Shown here: positions 33,669 to 43,500 of the stretch, piece by piece
How positions within the stretch are numbered: the first letter of the stretch is position 1
Layout: each line of letters opens with the position of its first letter
From: Nitrosopumilus sp.
GTDB lineage: Archaea > Thermoproteota > Nitrososphaeria > Nitrososphaerales > Nitrosopumilaceae
Length of the DNA: 64,000 nt
Direction: 5' to 3'
Assembly: GCA_965197525.1 (NCBI GenBank)
Contig: OZ240211.1
Location: 800,001-864,000, forward strand
Program-made: the position numbers and the translations under genes
The notes under the pieces: generated by a model
Database searches by the model: none
The model's input: the letters and a program-made list of their open reading frames with translations, nothing else
What the model was told of the DNA's origin: nothing

Positions 33669-34541
33669 CTAATCTGAGGATACAAATCTTACAGTGTTAC
33701 GCAAGGTACCCAAGTTCTCAATCTCTAGATCAACTACATCCCCGCTCTTCAAAAATACGGCATTCGGACTGTTCAATATTACCCCAGCAGGCGTTCCAGT
33801 GGATATAACGTCTCCCTTCTCCAGAGTCATAACTTGGGAGAGTTTTGAGACAATATCGGGAATTTTGATAAACATGTTACTAGTAGATGAATCTTGGCGT
33901 ACATTCCCATTAAGTCTAGTAGTCATCTTGAGATTGTGAGGGTCAGCAATCTCATCAGCAGTCGTTATCCATGGTCCGCACGGGGCAAATGAATCAAAAC
34001 CCTTTCCTCTAGTAAATTGCTTGTCTTTGAATTGAATATCGCGTGCAGATACATCATTAAACACCATATAGCCAAAGACTGCATCTGATGCGTCCTCAGG
34101 ACTGATATTTTTACAATCCTTGCCAATAATCAGAGCTAGCTCTATCTCATAATCAAGCTGAGTAACAAAGTCAGGACATATAACATCTGAATTTGTGCCA
34201 GTTAGCGCAGTACGTGGCTTTATGACTATTGCAGGATCGTCGGGAGGGGTCTCTAAGCCTTGTTCTTTGGCATGGTCCAGATAGTTAAATGCAAGACAGA
34301 TTACCTTGCTGGGATTTTTAATTGGTGTTAATATCTGATACTTTGAGAGAGGATCGTTGTATGGCAAGTCATTGACCTGGTCTTTAACTTCGTTGTACCA
34401 TCCATCAAATAGAAAGTCCTTTACGTTGTGAGGAAGAGGTACTCCTGTCAGATAGATTAGCTCATCTTTTGTAGATACATTGGTACCATTTACAAAACCG
34501 TATGTCTCATTATTTTCATGCAACAATCTTGCTATCTTCAT
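33669..34541 (-). CDS. fumarylacetoacetate hydrolase family protein
   Basis: LDYEIELA, FNDVSARD, KGFDSFAPCGP and STGTPAGV. Confidence 0.92.
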   Translation of the reverse strand: MKIARLLHENNETYGFVNGTNVSTKDELIYLTGVPLPHNVKDFLFDGWYNEVKDQVNDLPYNDPLSKYQILTPIKNPSKVICLAFNYLDHAKEQGLETPPDDPAIVIKPRTALTGTNSDVICPDFVTQLDYEIELALIIGKDCKNISPEDASDAVFGYMVFNDVSARDIQFKDKQFTRGKGFDSFAPCGPWITTADEIADPHNLKMTTRLNGNVRQDSSTSNMFIKIPDIVSKLSQVMTLEKGDVISTGTPAGVILNSPNAVFLKSGDVVDLEIENLGTLRNTVRFVSSD

Positions 34542-34547
34542 AATTCA

Positions 34548-36362
34548 TCACTTGTGGGTAAAAATAGCCCTATTTTGTAAATCTTTTCTGCAGTAGCCAA
34601 ACCTAACAAATTGGATCAGAGATCCTTCTTTTAATTGTAGATAATGGGGTTCGACATAGGCATTCAACTCTTCCAAACTATCAGAATTGAATTGATCACC
34701 GTTAAATAATATTTTAGGCACCATGACACTAATTTGATGCGCAGTCTTTTGAGGGACCCATTGAATCTTTGGGATATCCGACTTATCAGAATCGCCGATA
34801 AATTCACCCTGCAATATAGAACCATCACTATCTGTGATGGATACATCACCCAATCCTAAAAGACGGACATGTGTATTAGTACCATCTCTTATGCTTTGTG
34901 CGTCGTCGTCAGATATGTAAAGATCTCCATCAGTTTCTACTGTTCTATTTCCCAAAGTAGCGTGCATAGGATGGTTGGGTATGACGACAGAAGACAGTGA
35001 CAGATTCTTTACAGTTAGTTTGGTTGCATTTTTTACCATGAATAATCGCACACTAGTAGAATCAATAATTTTTCGATTAAAGGCTTCAAGCGAGTCAAAT
35101 GGCGCCAGAGTGTTTGCTCGAGTTAATCCTAGTGACAGAATAAATTGTCTAATTGCTTGAGGCTGTATTCCTCTTTTGCGTAGCCCTTCAAGAGTGGGCA
35201 ATCTTGGATCATCATACCATGAAACTTTACGCTCTTCAATCAAAGGTTTAAGAATTCGTTTTGATATTGGCATTCCTTTAAACTCCAATCGAGAGAAAAA
35301 ATCTTGAATCGGTCTTCGCATGTTCAACGCATTCAAAATAGCATCAATTAGTTCTGCTCTTAATTCAAACTCTTTGGAACGAAAAGCATGCGTCACACCA
35401 TCGACACTATCCTCAATCGCAACTGCCATATCATAGCTAGGCCAGACCCTATACTTGTATCCCAATGTGTAGTGTTTTCCATCTATAATTCGAAACAGAA
35501 CCGGATCCCTCATGACGGCATTATCTGCTTGCATATCTCCACGAAATCGCAATGTGGCATCTCCCGGCTTGAATTTGCTATGCATCTTTTCCCAGTTTTG
35601 TATATTTTTATCAAGACTGTTAACCATGTTACATTTACATGCTTTTTTTGCCTGTCGGTTATTACGTACGGTATCCTGTTTACATGTACATACGTATGCG
35701 TTAGACGAGTTAATTAATTCAAGAGCTTTCTCGTAAAATAACTCCATATCATCAGATGTGCTTTTTACGATATCAAACTTAATTCCCAGCCACTCAAGCC
35801 CAACTTTGATGGCTGCATGGTATTCCATTCTTTCTGCTTCAGGATTGGTGTCGTCCATTCTCAAGATAAATTTGCCACCATACATCTTTGCATACTCAGA
35901 GTTAATGATAGCAGCTTTTGCATGACCGATATGAGGATAACCATTAGGTTCTGGAGGAAACCGGGTTACAACTGCTCCTTGCTTTGCATCCCTTAATTCC
36001 GGAAGACCCTCTCGCTGAATTATCTTTTGCTTTGGTGCCAAGAGTTCAGGGAAACTGTCTTGAATCTCTTTTTCCTGTTCTTGTAACGATAAATTGTTGA
36101 CGGTTAAAACGATCTCAGATATGATTCCTGCAACATGAGACACCTGGTCTCTAAATTCAGGACGAGTCCCAAGAAGCTTACCCAAGACTATCTTATCTCG
36201 AGTTCTGCCACCATGCTCAAATGCATTTTGAAGGGATAGGCGCAGAATATCTTGTTTTAATTGATCCTGGACGTTGGGCTTTTGCGGCTGTTGTTCCGGG
36301 TCTGACTGTAGCCGGTTTTCTTGATGTTCGTCTTGTAGTTTATCATCCATATTCTTTCTCAC
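34548..36362 (-). CDS. gltX: glutamate-tRNA ligase
   Basis: RFPPEPNGYPHIGH; archaeal N-terminal domain; Gln-rich N-terminal extension. Confidence 0.95.
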   Translation of the reverse strand: MRKNMDDKLQDEHQENRLQSDPEQQPQKPNVQDQLKQDILRLSLQNAFEHGGRTRDKIVLGKLLGTRPEFRDQVSHVAGIISEIVLTVNNLSLQEQEKEIQDSFPELLAPKQKIIQREGLPELRDAKQGAVVTRFPPEPNGYPHIGHAKAAIINSEYAKMYGGKFILRMDDTNPEAERMEYHAAIKVGLEWLGIKFDIVKSTSDDMELFYEKALELINSSNAYVCTCKQDTVRNNRQAKKACKCNMVNSLDKNIQNWEKMHSKFKPGDATLRFRGDMQADNAVMRDPVLFRIIDGKHYTLGYKYRVWPSYDMAVAIEDSVDGVTHAFRSKEFELRAELIDAILNALNMRRPIQDFFSRLEFKGMPISKRILKPLIEERKVSWYDDPRLPTLEGLRKRGIQPQAIRQFILSLGLTRANTLAPFDSLEAFNRKIIDSTSVRLFMVKNATKLTVKNLSLSSVVIPNHPMHATLGNRTVETDGDLYISDDDAQSIRDGTNTHVRLLGLGDVSITDSDGSILQGEFIGDSDKSDIPKIQWVPQKTAHQISVMVPKILFNGDQFNSDSLEELNAYVEPHYLQLKEGSLIQFVRFGYCRKDLQNRAIFTHK

Positions 36363-36368
36363 TGCTAC

Positions 36369-37349
36369 TTAGACACTTCTGTTAACCACAAAATCAAGTA
36401 ATGCTACCAGATCTGCCTTTGCAGTACCCGAATATGCTGATAGTGATCGCTTGGCTCTGTTGGCATATCGCAGGGCCTCTTTTCTGGCAATCTGGTCTAT
36501 ACCAAGGGAACGAATAACATCAACTGCATCATGTAGATGTTTTTTGGATACCTTGGGATTCCCAAACGCTTGTAGAATTATTTTTTTATCCTTGCCTTTT
36601 GCAGTCTTGATTGCCAATAGTATAGGAAGTGATTTTTTACCTTCTCTCAGATCGTTGCCTACAGGCTTTTTAGTGATTTTAGAGTCGCCGACAACCCCAA
36701 TAATATCATCAGTAATCTGAAAGGCAATTCCTAGATTCTTTCCAAAAGATACAAGATTTGATATATCCCGTTTGTTATCTGTTGCGCATATTGCGCCCAT
36801 TGCACATGACACACTAAACAATGCAGCAGTCTTTTTTGAGATCATTTGGATGTATTGACTCTGGGTCGGAATTTTTTTGGTTTCACCCATTTGGATATCA
36901 AGCAGTTGGCCTTCACACACATCAACACATGCTTCAGCAAGCATGGAGACCAATCTAATATTTGCCTCAGAAGACAGTTTTGAGTAACTGAGAGTTTGAA
37001 ACGCTTTTGAGAAGAGTACATCGCCTGCCAAAATTGCAGTAGGTATTCCAAATTTAGTATGTACAGTCAATACAGCATGACGCATCTCATCATTATCCAT
37101 GATATCATCATGAACCAAAGTAAAGTTGTGGATCATCTCTATGGCAGCTGCTGCGCGTATCGCATCAGATGTTCTGCCTTTGAAGATTTGACAGCTCTTA
37201 ATTACCATGTATGGTCTGAGTCTCTTTCCACCATGGAATATTAGATGTCCTGCAGCGTCATAGAGTGTCTTTGGTTCTCCTTTTAGTTTTGAGTTCAGAT
37301 ACTTGTTTATGATATCTGCATTCTTTTTAACAGAATCAGTCTTTTGCAT
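36369..37349 (-). CDS. idsA: polyprenyl (geranylgeranyl) diphosphate synthase
   Basis: GGKRLRP, HDDIMDND, FQITDD and DLREGK. Confidence 0.9.
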   Translation of the reverse strand: MQKTDSVKKNADIINKYLNSKLKGEPKTLYDAAGHLIFHGGKRLRPYMVIKSCQIFKGRTSDAIRAAAAIEMIHNFTLVHDDIMDNDEMRHAVLTVHTKFGIPTAILAGDVLFSKAFQTLSYSKLSSEANIRLVSMLAEACVDVCEGQLLDIQMGETKKIPTQSQYIQMISKKTAALFSVSCAMGAICATDNKRDISNLVSFGKNLGIAFQITDDIIGVVGDSKITKKPVGNDLREGKKSLPILLAIKTAKGKDKKIILQAFGNPKVSKKHLHDAVDVIRSLGIDQIARKEALRYANRAKRSLSAYSGTAKADLVALLDFVVNRSV

Positions 37350-37998
37350 TACTTACCAACCTCCAATCATCATCAGACATATGAGCTCTGATTGCATCAC
37401 GTAAAGAGTCATGAATTTCACTACTTATCCATGTCGATAAAACATTTTCGTATTTTTGAAGCGATAGTGCGTCTGATCTATCAAGCAATCTCAGTGCAAC
37501 GAGCATCCATGGACAGTAAATCAAAGGATCTTTCTTTAATTCTGCCAATAGTTCTCTGGCAGTAATCCACTTGATCTCGTCAATTTCACCTCTTATTGTT
37601 TCTAGTTTTGCATCTCTGTCAATTACGCCTATCAGGGTAGCACATATCTCGTTTTCAGAACCAATATCCTTGTATGGGACATGGTATTCAAACTTGTGCA
37701 GATAATCTAGTCCGGTAATAGAAGGGGCTATTCCCAGCTCCTCAGGCATCCTCCTCTCTGCAGCAGAGACAAATGTTTCAGATTCTCTAGGATGGCTTGC
37801 AAATGTACCATCCCAGTCACCGGGCCACAGCATCTTTTGGCTTGATCGTCTAGTGAGTACCAAGGCCCCATCTTTATCAAATAGTAGCGCAGTAAAGGCA
37901 CGATGCAACAGTCCATTTGGCTGATGGCATTTTACCTTCTCTTCAAGGCCTAGAGGATTGTCGTGTTTATCTACCAGAATTACAAACTCGTCAGACAT
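37336..37998 (-). CDS. idi: isopentenyl-diphosphate delta-isomerase, type 1 (Nudix)
   Basis: LLHRAF, WPGDW...SHP, RRMPEELG and ENEIC; start at MSDEF. Confidence 0.88.
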   Translation of the reverse strand: MSDEFVILVDKHDNPLGLEEKVKCHQPNGLLHRAFTALLFDKDGALVLTRRSSQKMLWPGDWDGTFASHPRESETFVSAAERRMPEELGIAPSITGLDYLHKFEYHVPYKDIGSENEICATLIGVIDRDAKLETIRGEIDEIKWITARELLAELKKDPLIYCPWMLVALRLLDRSDALSLQKYENVLSTWISSEIHDSLRDAIRAHMSDDDWRLVSNAKD

Positions 37999-38767
37999 GT
38001 TTCTTACCTCTAAACAGTGTACCTTTAAATTTTTTATCTGCAACAGCCCCAATAATCCTTTGAGGCTTATTTCCATTCACAAAGAACACGTTAACACCCA
38101 TCTTTGAGATTGCTAGTGCTTCAGTTACCTTTCTAGTCATTCCTCCGGTGACATCCATGACAGGATCAGTATCAATATCATCATTTTTTGAGAGTACATT
38201 GCGTAGACTGGCATCTAGTTCTGAGACTAGCGTCTTTGACTCCAAATCAGAGTACAAGCCATCTTCGTTTAGCGCAAATATACACAATCTTGGTTTTATG
38301 ATTTTTGCAAGATGTGTCATTATCTTATCACCAGACAGGATGTATGTTTTTTTCTTCCCATACCACAATGCGTCCCCATACGTTACAGGAATCAGACCAG
38401 AGCTGGCAATCTGTGAGATCTCTTTGATCTTTTTAGGTATCGGTTTGCCTCCGGACATAAAATCAGTGGGCGGAAGAGAGTACGGATGTAATTTATTCTT
38501 CAGCAATGAGTCTAAAATTATCTTATCTAGCTCGATCATGGAATTCTTGACTACTGCAACACCGTGCAAATCATAACGCTTCTCCTTTGTATGCATATCG
38601 TATTTGACAGACCAGTAATGTCCAAAAGAACCGCCACCGTGAACAATAATCAGAGGCTCTTTGATTTTTTTCAGAGTCTTACATAGATTGTCTATCGCTT
38701 TCTGTTTAGCAAACAATGGTTTAGTCTTGTCTGTGATAACTGAGCCACCTAGCTTTATGAGAATCAT
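37991..38767 (-). CDS. ipk: isopentenyl phosphate kinase
   Basis: KLGGSVITDK, VHGGGSFGH, SGD and DVTGGM. Confidence 0.9.
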   Translation of the reverse strand: MILIKLGGSVITDKTKPLFAKQKAIDNLCKTLKKIKEPLIIVHGGGSFGHYWSVKYDMHTKEKRYDLHGVAVVKNSMIELDKIILDSLLKNKLHPYSLPPTDFMSGGKPIPKKIKEISQIASSGLIPVTYGDALWYGKKKTYILSGDKIMTHLAKIIKPRLCIFALNEDGLYSDLESKTLVSELDASLRNVLSKNDDIDTDPVMDVTGGMTRKVTEALAISKMGVNVFFVNGNKPQRIIGAVADKKFKGTLFRGKKHV

Positions 38768-38810
38768 GTTGTTTTGACTATTCTCGTCAATTAAAAAGTA
38801 TCCAGCCCTT

Positions 38811-40157
38811 GGTTCTGTGTAATCTTCGGGTGTTTTTTATGTTATTCATACCAAAACTAAACATTGTTTCAACAACGTAAAGTAACACCTTGATGATTAC
38901 TTGACTTTGACATATCGACTATTCGGATTACCGGTGTACAGGGTTCCGACATCGTTGACTCAAAAGTATCAAACTTCGCTTCATTTATGCCATCTCTACT
39001 ATCCCTAAACCTAGGGGACAGTTTGCGTGATATATTCATGGCAGCAATTACATCTCTGTCCATGAACAATCCGCAATTATTGCACAACATTTTACGACTG
39101 TGTTGCATGTCCTCTTGGAGTTTCTTTCCGCATTTTGGACATTGCGTGCTTGTGCGTTTTGGGTCTACAAATTCGACTGGAGGTAGCCCGACCCACTGTG
39201 CTTTGTATTCTATCTGTCTTTGCAGTTCAAAGAATTGCCATCCGTTCAATCTGCGTCTGTATTTGTTACCTTGACTGTTCCCTTTCCTGTATAGTTTTCT
39301 AATTCCTTTCAGGTTTTCTAGAACAATAACTGCTTTTTCTTTGACTGCATTATCCACAATATCTTTGGATATTTTGTGGATGTATTGTTTTGTTCTGTTG
39401 GTCATTCTTTTCTGTCTCTCTTTCCAAAACTGATCTTTCTTTCTGCGATCATTTCTGCGGAATCCAGCTCTAGCATGTATTGTGTTCTCTTTGATTGAGA
39501 GCAGTTTGTTTGTCTTGTAGAATGTTACCTTTTCCTCATTTCCACAGGTGACGTTTCTAAGGTTCCGGTCTACTCCCACTGTCTTGGTACACTCTATTTG
39601 TTCTGTTTCTTTGGAAACACAGAGATTGATGTTGAGGGCAGTCAATGAAAATGAGCGTACTGTCAAGGCAGGATCAGACAGGATTTTTTGTGTGTGTTGG
39701 TTTAACAGGATGTTGATAGAATTTCTACTCTTGTATGGAATTGTCAACAGTGCACCATTGTGTTTTACTCCATAACAGTTTGTGATAAATGGTTTTTTTA
39801 CCGTTGGATACTTTACTTTGATGCCACGTTTCACGGATTGTTTTCTGTTAGCTAGTATACCTGCAGCTCTTGATATTGCATTGAGTTTGTATGATGATAA
39901 AATATCATAGTTTCTCAATTCGTGATAACACAGCATAGACAATCGCTTCATGTTATGGGTATCTTCTTTTAACCCTATCTTGATACAGCAGTTAACCATC
40001 TCTGTGAATGTGACCATCATACCCACGAGGTCTGAATTCGGTGTATATTTTTGTGCTATTGACTTTATCGCCCTCAACGGCTATATTGTGATTCAAGGAT
40101 ATTTAAGTGCAGATATACTGAGTCACAGTTATCAGCACCCGAAGATTACACAGAACC
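38811..40157 (-). mobile_element. TIR-bounded tnpB element, copy C (1347 bp), with a different TIR variant
   Basis: Perfect 22-bp TIR ggttctgtgtaatcttcgggtg (38811-38832 / 40136-40157); 8-bp TSD cagccctt (38803-38810 / 40158-40165). Confidence 0.95.
38869..40077 (-). CDS. tnpB: RNA-guided endonuclease TnpB (more divergent paralog)
   Basis: GVDRN, IVLENL and DRDVIAAMNI; Zn finger intact. Confidence 0.93.
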   Translation of the reverse strand: MRAIKSIAQKYTPNSDLVGMMVTFTEMVNCCIKIGLKEDTHNMKRLSMLCYHELRNYDILSSYKLNAISRAAGILANRKQSVKRGIKVKYPTVKKPFITNCYGVKHNGALLTIPYKSRNSINILLNQHTQKILSDPALTVRSFSLTALNINLCVSKETEQIECTKTVGVDRNLRNVTCGNEEKVTFYKTNKLLSIKENTIHARAGFRRNDRRKKDQFWKERQKRMTNRTKQYIHKISKDIVDNAVKEKAVIVLENLKGIRKLYRKGNSQGNKYRRRLNGWQFFELQRQIEYKAQWVGLPPVEFVDPKRTSTQCPKCGKKLQEDMQHSRKMLCNNCGLFMDRDVIAAMNISRKLSPRFRDSRDGINEAKFDTFESTMSEPCTPVIRIVDMSKSSNHQGVTLRC

Positions 40158-41207
40158 CAGCCCTTTAAAGTCAATATCAACTGAAAAACAGTTGTAACGA
40201 CCATCTTGAAATTGGTTTATGGTACGCTGCATATTGGAATGATCAGTCAAGGCAAAGACACATCCACCCCCTCCAGCACCGGTAAGTTTGGCGCCAAATG
40301 ATGTGGTCTGACCCACCCTTACCATGTCTCGTAGCGTGTCATTTGAGACGCCAATCATCTCAAGATATTCTTGGTTACGCCTGACTTGTTGACCCAGTTC
40401 TGATATATCATTACCTGTTTTTAACAACTGTAACACATCATGTACTAGTTTGGCCTCATCATCGCACAATCTAGAGAACAGCTCAGGGTTACTGTCTTTG
40501 AACTGACGTACATTTGCAACTATAGACTCTGTTGAATGCTGTAAATTTGAATTGGCAATTACCAGATTAAAAGTAGATTTGGGGGAGATACTTGCAAACC
40601 CATGTTCCTTATCATAGGTTATAATTCCCCCATAGGTGCACACTGTACAATCAGCACCCGATGTATTCTCAAATATCGTTCTCTCAGCTTGTATTGCCAG
40701 ATGTAAAATCTCTTCTCTGGATGCTTGTTTAAACAATCCAGAGATTGCAGCTGCCCCTGCTACACAGCATGCAGATGACGAGCCAAGACCAACACCTAGT
40801 GGAATTTCGGATTCTACTGTAATGCGTATTCCAGTGTTATTGTTGCTAGTACTGTCACGAGTATTGTTATTAGTGTTACCGTTAGTATTGTTGTTATCAT
40901 CACCGTCATTGATATTATTTTTATTATCATTATTATTTACATAGCCATTATTATCTTGATCATGCATCAACTTGTCTGCAAGATAATACAATGGTTTTAG
41001 TGGATAATCAATCTCAGATATAGGTGTATGTGGGGAAACGCATAAATTACCAACGTCAGAAACAATAGAGATTTTATTATCGTTGGTGTGCTCGGCAGTT
41101 ACATAAACTCTTCTATCAATTGCGCAAAGTATTGCTTGAATACCATACACTACAAAATGCTCTCCAAATAAAATTACTTTACCTGGTGCCGATGATTTAG
41201 ATTTCAA
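40146..41207 (-). CDS. mvk: mevalonate kinase with an Asn-rich insertion; last codons supplied by the element TIR
   Basis: PGKVILFGEH, PLGVGLGSSSA and KLTGAGGGG. Confidence 0.93.
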   Translation of the reverse strand: MKSKSSAPGKVILFGEHFVVYGIQAILCAIDRRVYVTAEHTNDNKISIVSDVGNLCVSPHTPISEIDYPLKPLYYLADKLMHDQDNNGYVNNNDNKNNINDGDDNNNTNGNTNNNTRDSTSNNNTGIRITVESEIPLGVGLGSSSACCVAGAAAISGLFKQASREEILHLAIQAERTIFENTSGADCTVCTYGGIITYDKEHGFASISPKSTFNLVIANSNLQHSTESIVANVRQFKDSNPELFSRLCDDEAKLVHDVLQLLKTGNDISELGQQVRRNQEYLEMIGVSNDTLRDMVRVGQTTSFGAKLTGAGGGGCVFALTDHSNMQRTINQFQDGRYNCFSVDIDFKGLGSV

Positions 41208-41233
41208 GTAGACATATGGAAGAGTAACAGAGT

Positions 41234-41860
41234 CTATTCAACGTCCTCATCAGTAATCTTTGTTTCAAAATCGTCTATCTCGTGTTTCATTGGTTCGTCA
41301 TCTTTTAATTCTCCTCTCTGAATTAAGATTGCACGTACCAATAGCCAGTATATGGTTGCAAGTGCCTTTCTTCCTCTATTATTTGCAGGAATTATTACAT
41401 CCAAATTTGATGTAATATTGTCAGTATTTGAAATTCCTATTATTGGAATTCCAGCGTTTGTTGCCTCAATAATGGTTTGCTCATCAACTTGTGGATCTGA
41501 GATTAACACTAGTTTTGGCTCAATGTAATAAGGTAATGATGGATTAGTCAAGGTACCAGGCATAAATCGTCCTAGTAATGGTTTTGAGCCTAAAGCCTCA
41601 CAAAACTTTTCAACTGGTGTCTCGGCATACTGTCTGCCAGAGCATACAATAAGATTCTCAGGCCCCATCCTGTTGATAAATTTGGCTGCAGTGTCAATCC
41701 TCTCTAATGTAATATCCAAATCAAGCATGTACAAACCTTCAAGACTAGCTTGTGTGATAAATGACCGCATAAACTTGGTCTTGACTTGGGTACCTACTCT
41801 AATCCCTGTCGTAACAACCATCTTTCTGATGTCATTTTTTTCAGCTTCTTGTTGGCTCAT
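41234..41860 (-). CDS. rps2: 30S ribosomal protein S2
   Basis: GRFMPGTLTN, DEQTIIEA and IPANNRG. Confidence 0.95.
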   Translation of the reverse strand: MSQQEAEKNDIRKMVVTTGIRVGTQVKTKFMRSFITQASLEGLYMLDLDITLERIDTAAKFINRMGPENLIVCSGRQYAETPVEKFCEALGSKPLLGRFMPGTLTNPSLPYYIEPKLVLISDPQVDEQTIIEATNAGIPIIGISNTDNITSNLDVIIPANNRGRKALATIYWLLVRAILIQRGELKDDEPMKHEIDDFETKITDEDVE

Positions 41861-41867
41861 GATAATT

Positions 41868-43127
41868 TTAAACCTCTGTCATGCCACATATTAAATCATC
41901 TCTTGATAATCGTAATAGTTCATTTAGCTTGGCTACACGTTCACCCCCTACAACACCTACTTTGAGCATCTTGGAGTGTGTTGCAATGCCTATATGACAG
42001 ATTTGAGAGTCATTAGATTCGCCAGATCTATGGGATGTGATTAACCTAATATCATTTTGCGCTGCCTCATCTGCAAACTCCAAGGCGTCATAAAGACCGC
42101 CTGCTTGGTTAACCTTGAGAATTGCAGCGTTACAAGATTTAGCAGAGACTGCCTTCTTTAGGATGTCTTTGTTAGTTACTGTCAAGTCATCACCTGTTAT
42201 CATGGTATTAGGAAATCGCGATGTTAACTCGGCCATATCCTCAAACGCTTCCTCATGGACTGAGTCCTCAGCGTAAATCAGTTTAAACTGTTTGATAACA
42301 TCTGTTACAAAGTCAATCTGTTCTCCTGGAGTGTTCTCAAAGCCTGCTCTCTCGTAGACATATCGTCCTTTGTTTTCATTCCATTGTGTAGATGATGCAA
42401 AATCTACACCCAGAGATACCTCACGTCCTAAAGTATATCCAAGATTCTCACAGGCCTTAGCTGAGATCTCTAATGCCTGTTGATTGTTTAACTTTGGCGC
42501 CCATCCGCCTTCATCTCCTCTTCCGTTTGTAAAAGTAGGATCTGCTTTTTCTATAACTTTACGCAATTCTTTGTGCACAGATAGATTGACATCAATGGCA
42601 TCCTCAATTGTTTTAGAGCCTATTGCGCATATTAGTATCTCTTGAATATCAGGAGTTCCGGGACCTGCGTGTGCTCCACCACCTAAAATATTGCCCAGAG
42701 GGAATGGAAATTTGAAGGATGGTGATGATGATGATTTAGAAGAGATGGTCTTAAACAATGGTTGGTTTAATGCCTTTGATGCAGATTCTACAGATGCAAT
42801 ACTTACTGCAAATGCAAGAGATCCGCCGATACCTGAATAATTTTGAGTGTTGCCGTCTAGCTCTTTTAAGACGTCGTGCACTCCTTTGATATCAGACGGG
42901 TCAAGACCGATAAACTTGTGAGAGTTATCTTGTAATATTTGAAGACTTGTCTCAGGGGTATTGCAGCTATCAGGAAAACTAACTGCCTCATACTTTCCAA
43001 CACTAGCACCTGATGGTGCACATACACGTCCGAGGAATTGTCCATCTGAGATAATATCAACTTCAATTGTTTTGCTACCACGACTGTTGTATAGAATGTG
43101 TCCTGCAATCGAGGAGATTTTAGCCAA
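41868..43127 (-). CDS. eno: enolase (thaumarchaeal type)
   Basis: NSRGSKT, PSGASVG, GDEGGW, GDDL, LKVNQ and SHRSGE. Confidence 0.92.
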   Translation of the reverse strand: MAKISSIAGHILYNSRGSKTIEVDIISDGQFLGRVCAPSGASVGKYEAVSFPDSCNTPETSLQILQDNSHKFIGLDPSDIKGVHDVLKELDGNTQNYSGIGGSLAFAVSIASVESASKALNQPLFKTISSKSSSSPSFKFPFPLGNILGGGAHAGPGTPDIQEILICAIGSKTIEDAIDVNLSVHKELRKVIEKADPTFTNGRGDEGGWAPKLNNQQALEISAKACENLGYTLGREVSLGVDFASSTQWNENKGRYVYERAGFENTPGEQIDFVTDVIKQFKLIYAEDSVHEEAFEDMAELTSRFPNTMITGDDLTVTNKDILKKAVSAKSCNAAILKVNQAGGLYDALEFADEAAQNDIRLITSHRSGESNDSQICHIGIATHSKMLKVGVVGGERVAKLNELLRLSRDDLICGMTEV

Positions 43128-43128
43128 G

Positions 43129-43365
43129 TTACTCTAACTCAGATTGAACTTCTTGCCTTCTCTTCTCAATTGCCTCGTAAAATGGTATTACTTGCTGTAT
43201 CGTCTCGATAGTAGTTAACAACATTCTTCTGCAACAATATCTATCAAACCCCAAGGAGTCAAGAATTTTGGAAGGATCCTCATTGTTAGTGAGTTTACTT
43301 TGATAATCGTCAAATTTATCAGCTATTAACTTTCCACATGTCAGACATCGAACAGGAATTAACAC
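43129..43365 (-). CDS. rpoN: DNA-directed RNA polymerase subunit N (Rpo10)
   Basis: PVRCLTCGK...RYCCRRM; GTG start. Confidence 0.93.
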   Translation of the reverse strand: MLIPVRCLTCGKLIADKFDDYQSKLTNNEDPSKILDSLGFDRYCCRRMLLTTIETIQQVIPFYEAIEKRRQEVQSELE

Positions 43366-43415
43366 GTACAAAAATGTAATCAAGGATTATAAAAACCATA
43401 CAAGCCAATTACAAT

Positions 43416-43500
43416 GCGGGCGTCGCCCAGCCTGGCCAAAGGCGCTAGCTTGAGGGGCTAGTCTCTCAGGAGTTCGTGGGTTCAAATCCCATCGCCCGCA
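43416..43500 (+). tRNA. tRNA-Leu(GAG)
   Basis: Full cloverleaf: GCGGGCG acceptor, CTAGC-TTGAGGG-GCTAG anticodon arm, long variable arm, A discriminator. Confidence 0.95.

Noticed and set aside
37336-37998. Type 1 IDI as a novelty in an archaeon
   Set aside because: Type 1 IDI in this cluster is already known for thaumarchaeotes.
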